Source: Vicugna vicugna (lineage: Eukaryota). From it: DNA of 64,000 nt. Below are positions 11,831 through 22,745 of the stretch, one piece after another. The DNA lies in NCBI GenBank assembly GCA_013265495.1, contig MU058919.1, positions 4,543,345-4,607,344 on the forward strand, read 5' to 3'. The translations under genes and the position numbers were made by a program. The notes beneath the pieces are model-generated. The model was not told where the DNA came from. It saw only the letters and a program-made list of their open reading frames with translations, and searched no databases. Position 1 is the first letter of the stretch. Each line of letters opens with the position of its first letter.

Positions 11831-13831
11831 GTTTATTAATATCCACTCTCAGTGGGGGTGCAGAACGGGGCATTTCCTGGGTAGGAAACACAGGAGGCAA
11901 GCGAAGGAGCGAACAAATGATTGAATGCATTACGATTAAATGACAATTAAGGAGGTACCACTTTGATTTCAATTCACATGATACGGAAACTCAGCCACGG
12001 CAGCTGTGCTGTAGATCCTCAGCATGTTTATTTACTTTAAAACAGGTGAACTTGACGGTCAGGTAAGCATCCTTTTGCCTCACTCCTCACCAGCAACTCC
12101 AGTCCAGCCCACACTGGATCTAAGGAGTCTCTGATGGTCCGGGCTCCCCACTGGTGTGGCGGGCTAACGAGGGTCCCTCCACCTCCGGGCCTGCCAGGCG
12201 GGGCCAGAGCTGCTAGATGTGGCTCCCCAGCCCCACGCACCACACACGCCCAGCCCCGCGCACCCTGCACCCGCCCACACGCAGAAGCCGCCTGCTCACG
12301 GCGGAGACGACGCTGATCACCGACCGTTCCCCAGATGGCAGCAGCTGCCGAGCTGAACTTCCAGCAGGGAGGTCAGAGCATCTTTCATGTGGACATGACT
12401 TTGTTCTGAATATTCTTTTCTGGAACAAGGAGAAGAATCCATGCAGGTGTTCCTTGGAGCAAATTTCTAAGAATGGCCTGGCCACGCTGTGCCCGCTGGC
12501 GGGATGGATGAGGGTCAGCAGGACCTGCGGAAAGCGGCCTCTGCCTTCGGGCTCACTACGTCCTGTCTGGCTTTGCTGCATCATTTTCCTGAAAGGAGAC
12601 ATTTGGTGGCGTCTTACGGAGATGGGGACTGGGGCGTGCCATCCTTCTCTGTGGGCCGCCGTTCAGTTTCTGAGCTCGCTGGGGGGAAGCATAGCCCAGG
12701 ACCCTCCCTCCACCGCGGGGACAGAGTTGCACAGCCACAGACAGCCTGGCGTTTGGAGCTGGACCGTCCGAGCCCAGATCAGGGCTCTGCTGCCCTCTCC
12801 CTTGATGTGCCCCTGGGAACATTGAAGCTTTCTGAATCCAAGTTGCGTGCAAAATGGAGTTTGAAAAAGTAGGACCTGCCCCACAGGTGCACGGCCTGAC
12901 TGGACGCCCCGAGCAGGCCCAGGCCGGGCCGGCGTGTGGAACCCGACACCTGAGCATGGCTGGTGTAACTGGGATTCCCCGCGCAGGGCCGGGCCCCTTA
13001 TTATCCACACTGGTCTTGTAAAGGCCACATGAGGGCAGGCCCTGGGGATCGGCAGGGAGAGGGCACAGGGCTCCGCTGCTCCCCCGGACCAGCCTGACAG
13101 CTCGTTCTCTCTGCCTGGGACCTGCAGGCGGCAAAAGCCATTAGGAGCAATTTGTTGTCGCCAGGCAGGCCTGCTCCCCTCAACAGTTATCAATGAGCTT
13201 GTCAACCCAAGGCCTAACCTCCTTTGTTCTTCTCATCTGTTCTCCCCTCGGAGGCCTCTCCGAGCCCCCGGCCTTCTCCCAGGGCCTGCGGCCGGCTGCT
13301 GTACACCTGTTTGGCTGGAGGCTGGGCCCGGGGGTCCGGGCGTGGTGGGGAGAAAGCAGCGAGCTGCCTGGGCCGCCTGGCTCCCCGAGCTTGTCCCCGT
13401 CAGGATGTCAGATGACAGTTACCGCGGCTGCAGCTGGTACAGCAGCCGGTGGCAGGGGCGGGGCGCGGGCTGTGTGCCTGCATGCGCTCGGCCCTTCCCG
13501 GGGGGCACGCGGCCCCCCTCCGCGGGGCTGCAGCTAAGGAGGCTGGGCTGGCTGGCTCTGTCACGCACCCGCGGCAGAGAGCAGGCGTCGTGGGACCATC
13601 ACCCTGCAGGAGCGCCTCCTGCGAACGCGGGGTGGAGAGGGGTGCCTGTGTGTCGGTGCTGAGCACCAACCCTCCAGAGCTGTCCGGACCTGACTAAACC
13701 ACAATCACCAGAGAACTCAGGATCAGACCCCGTGTCTGACTGCCCTCGGGACCAGGCTGACCAGCTAACAGATGTGGGGGGAGACGCAGTCAGCAGAGTA
13801 GCAGAGCAGCAGGCATCCAGGCAGCAGCCTA

Positions 13832-14375
13832 GCCTCAGTCAGCTCAGGCGCCATCACCAAGTACTGCAGCCGGGGCTTAAGCAGCAAACCGGTGCATCGC
13901 ATGGCTCTGGAGTCTGCACATCCAAGGGCAAGGTGCCAGCAAGCAGGTTTCACTCCGAGGCCTCTTCTCTTGGCTTGTAGGTGGCACTGTGTGCATGGGG
14001 GAGCAAGACAGAGAGAAGGAGATGCAGATGGTGACCGAGATACAAAGATGGAGATGGACATAGAGACAGGGACTGAGACGGTGGAGATGGAGATGATGGA
14101 GATGGAGACGGAGACAGAGATGGAAATGGAGATGATGGAGATAGAGATGAGAGAAATGGAGAGAGAGACAGAGATAAAGATGGAGGTGGAGATGGAAAGA
14201 GATCCATGTATACAGAGAGAGAGCTGGTGTCTCTCACAAGTGCACTGACCCAGCGTTCTGGGGCTCCACCCTCATGATCTCGTCTAACCCAGATCACCTA
14301 CCAAAGGCCCCACCTCCAATACCATCTCGTCCAGGGTTAGGCTTCAACGTATGAGGGGAGGGGAGGGCTGGGCAC
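13832..14375 (-). mobile_element. MLT1A-like solo LTR carrying an internal microsatellite
   Basis: 'tccaagggcaaggtgccagca...gggctccaccctcatgatc...caaaggccccacctccaataccatc...gggttaggcttcaacgtatga' are hallmark MLT1A/MST segments. Confidence 0.85.
14040..14205. repeat. Degenerate (GAGATG)n / (GAGACA)n purine-rich simple repeat
   Basis: Repeated 'gagatggagatgatggagatggagacggagacagagatgg'; it produces the spurious MEMEME ORF. Confidence 0.9.
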
Positions 14376-14964
14376 GGGTCCCCAGGATGAGTCAGTGGCC
14401 CAAAAGCGAAGTGAGGGCTTCCCAAGCTGCCTCTCCTGTGGAAGAAACACGGGGGAGTGGAATTTGTCCTGGATTCAGGAGAGAGTGGAAGAGTCTCCAG
14501 GTGAAAACCACTCCCGTTCTTCCAGCTCTGATTGAGCAAACGTGGAACTGACCATCTGGGGACAGAAAGCTGGGATGTGGGGTTCGCTGTTGAAGAACCC
14601 AGGACAGGAGCCCCTTGGGCGTCGTAGGGTGTCACCGAGGGCGGGGTGCAAGTGCGGGACCTGCAGGCCCGAGGAGGCGAAATGTCCAGGTCCCATGTGA
14701 CCCAGAGGCAAGCCAAGGTCGGGGGGACAGCGGGGACGCTTCCAGGGCGCTTCTTGGTGACAGAGCACTGTCTTTCACTGAAGGCTCCCAAGTGCCTGTT
14801 GCCGTGTCCAGGTGGGGACGCTGAGCTCAGCGGAGACAGGTGAGCGGTCCTGACATCCCTGAGGGAGGGGCTCGGCCCGGTGCCCTCTCTGCAGGAGCTT
14901 CACTTTGGCCTTGGTGACTCCCGGTTGCAAATCCTGGCTCTCTCTGTCCCACAAACAAGGCCCG

Positions 14965-15320
14965 CTGTCACAGTCCACCCGGAGCCCCCGTAACAGACAC
15001 CAGAGCCCAGGGGCTCTGACGGCAAGTGTTTCTCTCAGTTTGGGAGGCTGGGAGGCCCACGTCAGGGTGCCAGCCACATGGGTGTCTGGTGAGGGCCCCT
15101 TCCTGGGGTGGCCCCCCTCTGGCTGTGTCCACATGCAGAGCGCAGGGAGAGGAAGCACGCTGTCCCGCTCGGCATGTAAGGACACCCATCCCAGCGTGAC
15201 GGTTCCACCTTGGTGACCTGATCACCTCCCAAAGGTGTCCCCTCCACTTTCCACTACACTGGGCTTCGATTTAAATACGTGAATTTGGTGGGGAGGGGAC
15301 AAAGATACTCAGTCTACAGC
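14965..15320 (-). mobile_element. MLT1A-like solo LTR
   Basis: 'ggaggctgggaggcccacgtcagggtgccagcc...gtgtctggtgagggcccc...gacctgatcacctcccaaagg...gtgaatttggtggggaggggacaaagatactcagtctacagca'. Confidence 0.85.
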
Positions 15321-16799
15321 ACCAGCTTTTTAAAAACTACCATGTTTCTGAAGCCCACATGGTAACAGGTGCTCGGAGCCCGTCTCCAAGCACCGCTGGG
15401 TCCTCCTGAGACCACAGGCCTGGGCTGGGCTGGTGCTTGGGGTCCTGGCGGATGGGGCTCAGGTGGGGTTTGGTCCTGCCGTCCAGGGATGACTGGGCCA
15501 TGGACGGGCACTAAGATCTCCCAACACTGCAGGGAGGTGACTGTGACCAGTGTGACCCCTGGGGTGGAAAGAGGGTGACCAACAGGGACACTGTCCAGGT
15601 CTCCCTCCTCCTCCCCAGGCTCAGGGCATCCGGGAGTGGTGGTGGCAGCATTTCTCATCATACACCTTATCCCTGCCTCGTGTTCTTCCTGCTCCCAACT
15701 CCCCAGGGTGCGCTGGGACTGGAGGGGCTTCGGCAGTGGGGGAGGGGCTGTGCTCTCAGGCAGTGGGGGTGGGCAGGTGGCCTCCCCCACGGAACTCCTC
15801 CTCTGCTCCATAGCTATTCCCGCATCCAGGGTCTCAGGCTCACCTGGCAAGGCCTGAGCTCCTCAGGGACAGACCGCCTCCCCCTGCTGCCCTGTCGGGG
15901 GGAATCCCCGTCAAATGGTCGGGTCTCGGGCTGGGTGGTTAAGCTAGATTCAGGCACCTCTGCGTCCAACCTGGCAGCCTTATGGCCACAATCTAAACCG
16001 TTTCCTAAGAAGTGGGCTTTTCTGGTATCTCCCATGTGAGCCAGCGCCCGAGGACAGCCTCAGAGCCTGCCGGCCTCCACGCACAAGGAGGGAGGACTCA
16101 ACAACCCAGAGGTGATGAGCACCCAGTTCACTCTGAAAGGGACTCTGCCTCCTGAGGTTCGTCTCTCTCCCGATTTCTGGAGCCCCTGGTCCCCTCGGAA
16201 TAGTGGCTGGCCCCTTAGGACAGATGGCGCTGCCGGGCTTCCTGGCAGGAACGGGGCGGGCGGGCTGGGGGGTCTGCAGAGGCAGCTGCGCTCCTACTCT
16301 CTCCCCTTTCCTCTCTCCTTCCTGACAAAGACCGTTACGCTAATTCTGGCCACTGGTGGGGCAGCCTCTGCAAAGTGACTGTGAGCGACGTCCAGCCGCC
16401 GAATCCTGGGGCAGGTCCTCTGATCACCTGTGTACACCACAGCGCCCGCTGCGGACCCTGAGCCTCCGTGGGTCCGCCTGGAGGGCAGGTCCCAAGCCAG
16501 GTGCCTCAGTGCGAGTCGCTAGAGCGGCTCTGAAGGACCCTGCCAGTCTCTGAGGCCTCACCTGCTGGCCCTTTGGATCAAGGACAGGACAGGGCAGGAC
16601 GGGGTAGTTGGAGGGGGGTGGTTGACACAGAGGAAAGATGTGCACATGGCCTCCTGCCACCGCATCCTTTGTGTGATCCTGTGGGCGGCCTGCACGTGTG
16701 TGCGCACAAACACGGACGTGCACACGTGACCCTCCATCACGTGTTCCTGGACAAAGTCCCCATGCCCAGTCCTGAAGGAGGCAGAATGCCAAGCGCCAC

Positions 16800-17230
16800 A
16801 TGTTAACTTCCTACAGCTGCCATAAGAAAATATCACAGACTGCACGGCTGAAAAAACCAGAAATGTATTCCCTGCGGTTCTAGAGGCCAGAGGTCAGAAA
16901 GCAAGGTGCTGGGAGGGCCGGCCTCCCTCTGAAGGCTCAGGGCCAAGCTTTCCGTGTATCTTCTGGCTCTGGTGTCCCCAGGTGTTCCTTGCTGGTTTTC
17001 GGCTTGTAGAAACATCACTCCAATCTCTGTCTCCACCCTTAGGCTGCAGGCTCCTCTCTGTGTGTGTCGGGGTCCAAGTTTCCCTCTTTTTATAAGGACG
17101 CTGGTCATTGGATTTAGGACCCACACTAAATCAGTTTGACCTCTTCTGCATCTGATTACATTTGCAAAGACACTATTTCCAAGTAAAGTCACGTACGCAT
17201 GAATTTTGGGGGGACATCAACCAGTCCAGA
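16800..17230 (-). mobile_element. MLT1B/C-like solo LTR
   Basis: 'gctgccataagaaaatatcacagactg...gttctagaggccagaggtcagaaagcaaggtg...ttttataaggacgctggtcattggatttaggacccac...acatttgcaaagacactatttccaagtaaagtcac...gaattttggggggac'. Confidence 0.9.
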
Positions 17231-18179
17231 GCCTGCTGGTCCCGTGTCTCTGAGCATCTCGACTTTATCTAGTGACTCATGGAGTGGTGGTTCTGCTCTC
17301 CATGCCCTGTGGCGGTCAGGTGATGCCCAGGCCCATGGTGGCCCTGCCAGCCTGGCTGTACCCTCTCCAGTGCCCCTGGCTGGGACCCAGCAAAGTAAAG
17401 GCCAGGCTCCTGGTGGGAGGCAGACTGCAGGGAGCTGGGAGACGCCGAAGCCCGGGGGATGGCAGAGGGGAGAGAGACTCCTGTTTCGGTTTCTAAAGAC
17501 TCTGGGGAGGATGGACGCATTGCCTCCGCCCCAACCCAGCACACTGCCCATGGTCCTCAAAGCACACAGGCCCCCGTGGCCGTCATTTCACCTGACATTA
17601 TTGCTGCTCAGGTGATCTAACCTGAGCTTGTAAAGAGCCCCTTTCTTCTCTTTGGTGGTTTTCCCAGTGGAGGTGCCCGGGCTTCTGTCAGCAGTCACTC
17701 TTGGCTTCAGGATGATGGTTGCAAAACGAAAGCTAAAAGCTCTTTGTCCTGAAAATGGCCATTCACCCATCTTTCTGAGCCAAACCTCGCCGAATGTGTC
17801 CATCGTCCCATAGCTGTGTCTGGAAGGAACACCCCTCACCCAGGGGCAGGTGATCAGGGAGCTCAAGCCAGGAGTCCCAAGGCTCTGTAGCAGCCTCTCT
17901 CGGCCACAAGCTGGGCCTTTGAGAAATGATGAAGGACTTGAGGGCCTCAGGAGTGGTCCCAGTGGGCAGGGTCTTCAGCGATGCTGGGTCGGGGGCAGAC
18001 ACCACACAGGTGGGAGTGGAGTGCATGCTATCAGGGGGCAGCCCCAGATCAAGGAGTCCCAGCCAGTGGGCCGACTGCTCTGTGCCCTGATGTCCCCATC
18101 AACACATTTTACCTGTTTAACCTCCCACAGCTGCTCCCGGAGAGTCAGGCAGAGACAGGGCTACAGAAGAGCGTCAGGA

Positions 18180-18500
18180 TGAGGGACAGGCCTGCGGGCG
18201 GCGGCGGGTTACACATATACACCCAGAGGGGCTGCACCGTGCTGGAGCGGCCGCCCGGGGAAGGACGCCCGACGTGTGCCCTGGGCCCCGCTGACGCAGC
18301 CCCGGGCCGGAGCCAGCCAGGGGCCCGAGCAGCTTTTAGCAGGTGCACTTCACACGGTGCCGCTCCCGCCCGGCCGCGGCGGGATGGAGGCGGGGCGGGT
18401 GCCAGGATGCCCGCCGCCCGCCACCCATGCCCGGGGCCTCGGTGCCCGCAGGGGCGGGATGCGGGGGACGGGCCCGCCAAGGGCACGGCGGCGAGTGACT
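18180..18500. promoter_or_regulatory. Small orphan CpG-island-like segment with GC boxes
   Basis: Very dense CG dinucleotides, 'ggggcggg' boxes, no associated ORF or repeat. Confidence 0.5.
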
Positions 18501-19899
18501 TCGAGAACCCTGACATTTACACAATTTCGGCCTGTTGTGTTTATTTAAGGGCTTTTCCGTAAAGGGTGCAGGGCCCTTAGTGGCTGCATCTGTTAATGCC
18601 TGGTGCTTTTTGTGTTTAAATGTGCCACTTCCAATGACTGTCAGTGTTGACCTAAGTGACAAACATCCCAACATGTTTATAGAGGAGACCATGGGACCTC
18701 GTGCCACGGGACTTTCGTTCTGTGGAGGGAGAGGAAGCAAGATAACGCCAGCATCGGTTGTTTTTGTAAGCGTTGGCCTCCCTAACAAGCCTTGTCATGC
18801 GTGTGACCGTTGCCTCCCTGAGAAGCTCAGGGCTCTTCGAATTTCCCCCTTGGAAAATATCAAAGGAAAGGCCTTTAGACAGATTATTAAGTGAGGGCTG
18901 CTGGCATCAGCACACATGCAATTGATGGCTTTCACTTGAACATTTATTCATTGGCTGAAGAAGTACTTTCTAGTGTTTTCCATGGGGTGATACCAGGTCA
19001 CAGGCTGGATTGAGAGGGTCCCCTCCCCTGGTGGAGCTGAACACCAGCTGAAGAAGCCAGGGAGCATACGGGGACACACGCTGCAAGTCGTGTGAAGAGA
19101 GACCCGCGCCACGCGGGGTGATGGCAGAACAGGACCTGTCCGGGGAACAGGGGTGAAGGAGGCCCGGGAGGGAGAGACCGTTAAGGGCGAGTGGGAGTTG
19201 CCACCAAAGTAAGTGACTGAGGAACTGGCAGGGTCTGGGACGAGGAGGTGGGGAGACTTTGAAGAATCAAAAAGGCAGGTATCTGATTAATTATTCCACA
19301 CCCTCCAGTGTCCCATGTACACAAAACATGGGCTAAACTGGTAGTTTACAGAAAACTCGGTCACATAAGTAGAGGGACAGGTGGCATGGCCGTCGAGGAG
19401 TTCAGATACGGAAATGAGGTACTTGGATGAGTGCAAAATAGCATTCTGCAGCCAAGTAGGTCTTTAAACTGCCCCAAGACAGGGCACTGCATGAGTTGTC
19501 AAGAGAAGCCACTTGGTTTCCACCTCTCCTGTGGCCTTGGTGTATCTCACATGGACAGTAAATTGACTGATAGGTGGAAGAGACGTCTTTTCAGGCGCCC
19601 ACGGCTCCATCTCTCTGCAGTGTGACTCGCTGGTCCCATTAGACCCACATTAGGGGTTTTATCAGCTTCCACTTTGTTTCAAGCTGGCTTACCAAGGCCC
19701 CGACTGAAATGGGTGGCTTTGGTGTAAACCACGTCTATTTCAGTTGTCTGGATCAAGTGGCAGACAAAGAAATATGGACCGTCAGGCAGAGGGGTTGGAA
19801 TAGAGGCCGACTTTACTGGATAACTGATAATGCAATGCAGGGATCCATGGATCAGTGGTCATTGGGCTCCACTTGGTGCCAAGCATCAGGCAAAGACTT

Positions 19900-20150
19900 C
19901 AACTTACCCTTCAAGGACAGAGATGTCTGGGGAGCCTTCCAGCAAACGCAGCAGCCTGAGCAAAGGCCTAGATGCAGGGGAGCCAGGGGTAGGATCATGA
20001 CTAGACCCATGAGCAGCTTTGGGGCAAGTACGGGAGACAGCACAAGTGCAAGGGGAAGGGAGGGCCATATTCCAGAAGCTTGGGAAGTAGGAAGAGCAGC
20101 TGCTATGCTGGAACTGGTGCAGGGAGAGTCCTTGCAGACTCCTGGGAACG
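19900..20150 (-). mobile_element. L2 LINE fragment
   Basis: 'ggagccttccagcaaacgcagcagcctgagcaaaggcctag' resembles the L2 segment gagcattccaggcagagggaacagcatgtgcaaaggccctgag. Confidence 0.5.
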
Positions 20151-20154
20151 TATC

Positions 20155-20478
20155 TGCTGTGGTCTGAAGGTCTGTGTCCTCTCCAAATTCATATGTCTGA
20201 CTCCTAACCTCCAGGAGATGGCACTGTAGGTGGGGCCCTCAGGAGGTCATGAGGGTGGGGCTCCCACAAATGGGATTAGTGCCCTTATAAGGGGGCCTGC
20301 AGAGAGCTCCCCAAGCCCTTCCGCTGCGTGAGGACACCGGGCATGTCTGCAGCCGGGAAGAGGCTCTCGCCTGACGACCCTGTCTCAGACGTCCAGCCTC
20401 CAGAACTGTGGCAGAAATTTATGTTGTTTGTAAATCTCCTAGTCTGGCATTTTGTTATAGTCCAAGTGGACTAAGATA
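20155..20478 (+). mobile_element. MLT1A0-like solo LTR
   Basis: 'tgctgtggtctgaaggtctgtgtcctctccaaattcatatgt...catgagggtggggctccc...atgggattagtgcccttataag...gtgaggacac...ccagcctccagaactgtg...ttttgttatag...ggactaagata'. Confidence 0.9.
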
Positions 20479-20479
20479 A

Positions 20480-20630
20480 TTTCTTAAAAGGGTCATTTTG
20501 GCTGTGAGTGGTTGGATGGATTTGGGTGGACAGAAATGGTGTGGATGGGGCAGCTTTGGAGTTGGGAAAGCCACTGAGAGAGAGGCTGCCTAGAACTGTG
20601 GCCAAGTCTTGGGTGTAAGATAAAATCCAC
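20480..20630 (-). mobile_element. L2 LINE fragment (continuation after the MLT insertion)
   Basis: 'ggtcattttggctgtgagtggttggatggatttgggtgg' resembles L2 gatcactctggctgctgtgtggagaatggattggaggg. Confidence 0.5.
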
Positions 20631-22629
20631 CAGGGTTTGAGTCCCGGCCCTGCTGTTGTTTCGCTGCCAGATCTTGAGAGCTGAGACGGCTTCGTATCCC
20701 AAGATGTAATTAAAAATACAAGCAATATTAAACTTCAGACAGAAAATTACTGATGCTTTGGAATTATGATGTTCTAGACCTATTATGGCCAACTTCTGGG
20801 TCAGTTCCTCAAAGGCCCAGACCTGGTTTTCTGTTGCCCTAAACCTGCACTTGGTCTCTGGGAGGCAGCCCTGGGGCAAGGCTGGCTCAGCCGGCTTTCA
20901 CTCTGGGCCGTGCTTTCCTGACGATGCCAAGCCTGCTCCGCCCTGCGTCCAATCACTTTGGGGACTGCATCTCTGCTCCGCCCACCCACGATGTTGTCTC
21001 ATCATTTGGGCAAAGACTGTGCCTGGGCCACCTGCCCAGCTGTCCGTCCGCACACGGTCCACGCACCAGGGTGTGTCAAGTGCTTCCTTCTGACAGCACT
21101 GGGACAGACCCAGAGATAAGCCGGACTTGGTCCCAGGCCACCCGGAGTTTGTAGTCTTTGAGGACCAACACCTGTCAGGCTAGGACAGGCTGTGAGAAAG
21201 AAGGGATGGTGGTAAACCCTGAGAAAAGGCCAGAGTGTGAGCAGGTTACGGCCACAGCTGGCTGCTGCTGACCAAGGTCTGGGAAAGGAGTTTCATGGGC
21301 GCCTCCAGGCCAGTGCCTGCAGGGCCTTGGCCCTCGGGACCCCCTCCCCGGCTATCTGCCAACATTAGCACAGGTCCCTGGCCCCTCTTCTGTCTGATGA
21401 GAGATTTCACAAGTTCTGCTAAAAACCTATCGGAACGTGTCAGGGCAAAGAGAAGCTGCCTGTCCCTCTGTGGCTGGGACAGTGACATCCTCTGGACGAG
21501 GAGGAGAACCCTGGCCTCATACCCAGCCGGGAGCCCCCGTGCTGCAGGGACAGGCTCTGCAGTGAGCAGGGACTTGCCTCTTCTGCAACCCTGGACTGCC
21601 TGGGGCCATGTGCCAGCTCCTTGTTTCAGCCACCAGAGACGCCAGCCTCCCAAGGACCAGCCTGTGCCCGAAAAGACCACAGGCAGGGGGAGAGGCAGGG
21701 GTCTCATGGGCTGAAGGGCCAGCCTGGAGCCCCTCCCTGGAGCCGAAGGTCCTGGGTGAAGGAGCCCCGAGCAGGCGGCTGCTTGCCTGGGACATGCACT
21801 CCTCTCTGTCTGCTACATGCACTGAAGCCAGAGCCGGAGCCCCAAAGCCACTGGAAAACTCAGGATTGGATCTCAAGTTCAGGGGATGAGCATCCCTGAC
21901 GCCACAGCGGCTTCACCACCCCCGCGGGCTTCCGGCCGCGGAGGGCAGGTCTCCGAGGCATTTTAGGAAGATAGAAGCTTCTTCCGGAACGTGGGTCAGG
22001 GCCCCGCAGGTCCGCCTCAGTGTCTCTGCCTCCGACGTGAGCCCGGAGGACATCCCTGCCCGTCGCTTGGGCCTCATTCAGCCTTGCTGCTTCCTCTCGG
22101 CCACGATGACTCCCTCTTGGCCGCCTCCTGGGTATTGAGTCTAAATGCTTCCTGCTCTATCGACAAACAGCCCTCCTCCTGCGGCCCTGACTTACTTAGG
22201 GCACTAAAGACTGCCGAGCACCAAGTCAGTCCGTGAATTTCCCCTGTTAATCCGCACATTTGTCACAGTTGGCTTTGTGAGTCGACAGTGACTGGCCCCG
22301 TCTAAAGTCGCTCTCCAATTTATAACTGGAAGATAAAATTCAGATAAATGAAGCATTAATGCCGGAGCACGTGAAAGAATCGTTATGAAGTCTGTACCGG
22401 GCAGGGCAGAGCTGGCGCCCCCAGAGGTGAGACCCTGTCCTGCCCTACCCGGGCTCCGGACGTGAGTCACCCCAGTCCCGTCTGCCTGTCTGCTCCACGT
22501 GTCCTTCTGCAGTGAGCTGGGCCACCTAGCCCCCCCACTGAAATTTATTTTTTCCACAGCGTTTAACACTACTTGACATATTATATATTAGTTTATTTAC
22601 TTTTGGTCTGTCCCCTCCACCCCACCATG

Positions 22630-22745
22630 GTTTTCTCAGGTTGCCAGAGCAAAATACCTCAGACTAGCTAACTTCAACAACAGAAATTAATTTGGGGGTG
22701 GGGAGTGGAGGGCGCCAGAAAGACCAAGGTTGCAGCAAGGGTTTT
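22630..22745 (-). mobile_element. MLT1 LTR fragment
   Basis: 'gttttctcaggttgccagagcaaaatacctcagactagctaacttcaacaacagaaattaattt'. Confidence 0.65.

Noticed and set aside
13892-14248. ORF with MEMEME repeats
   Set aside because: It is the translation of a (GAGATG)n microsatellite inside an MLT1A LTR.
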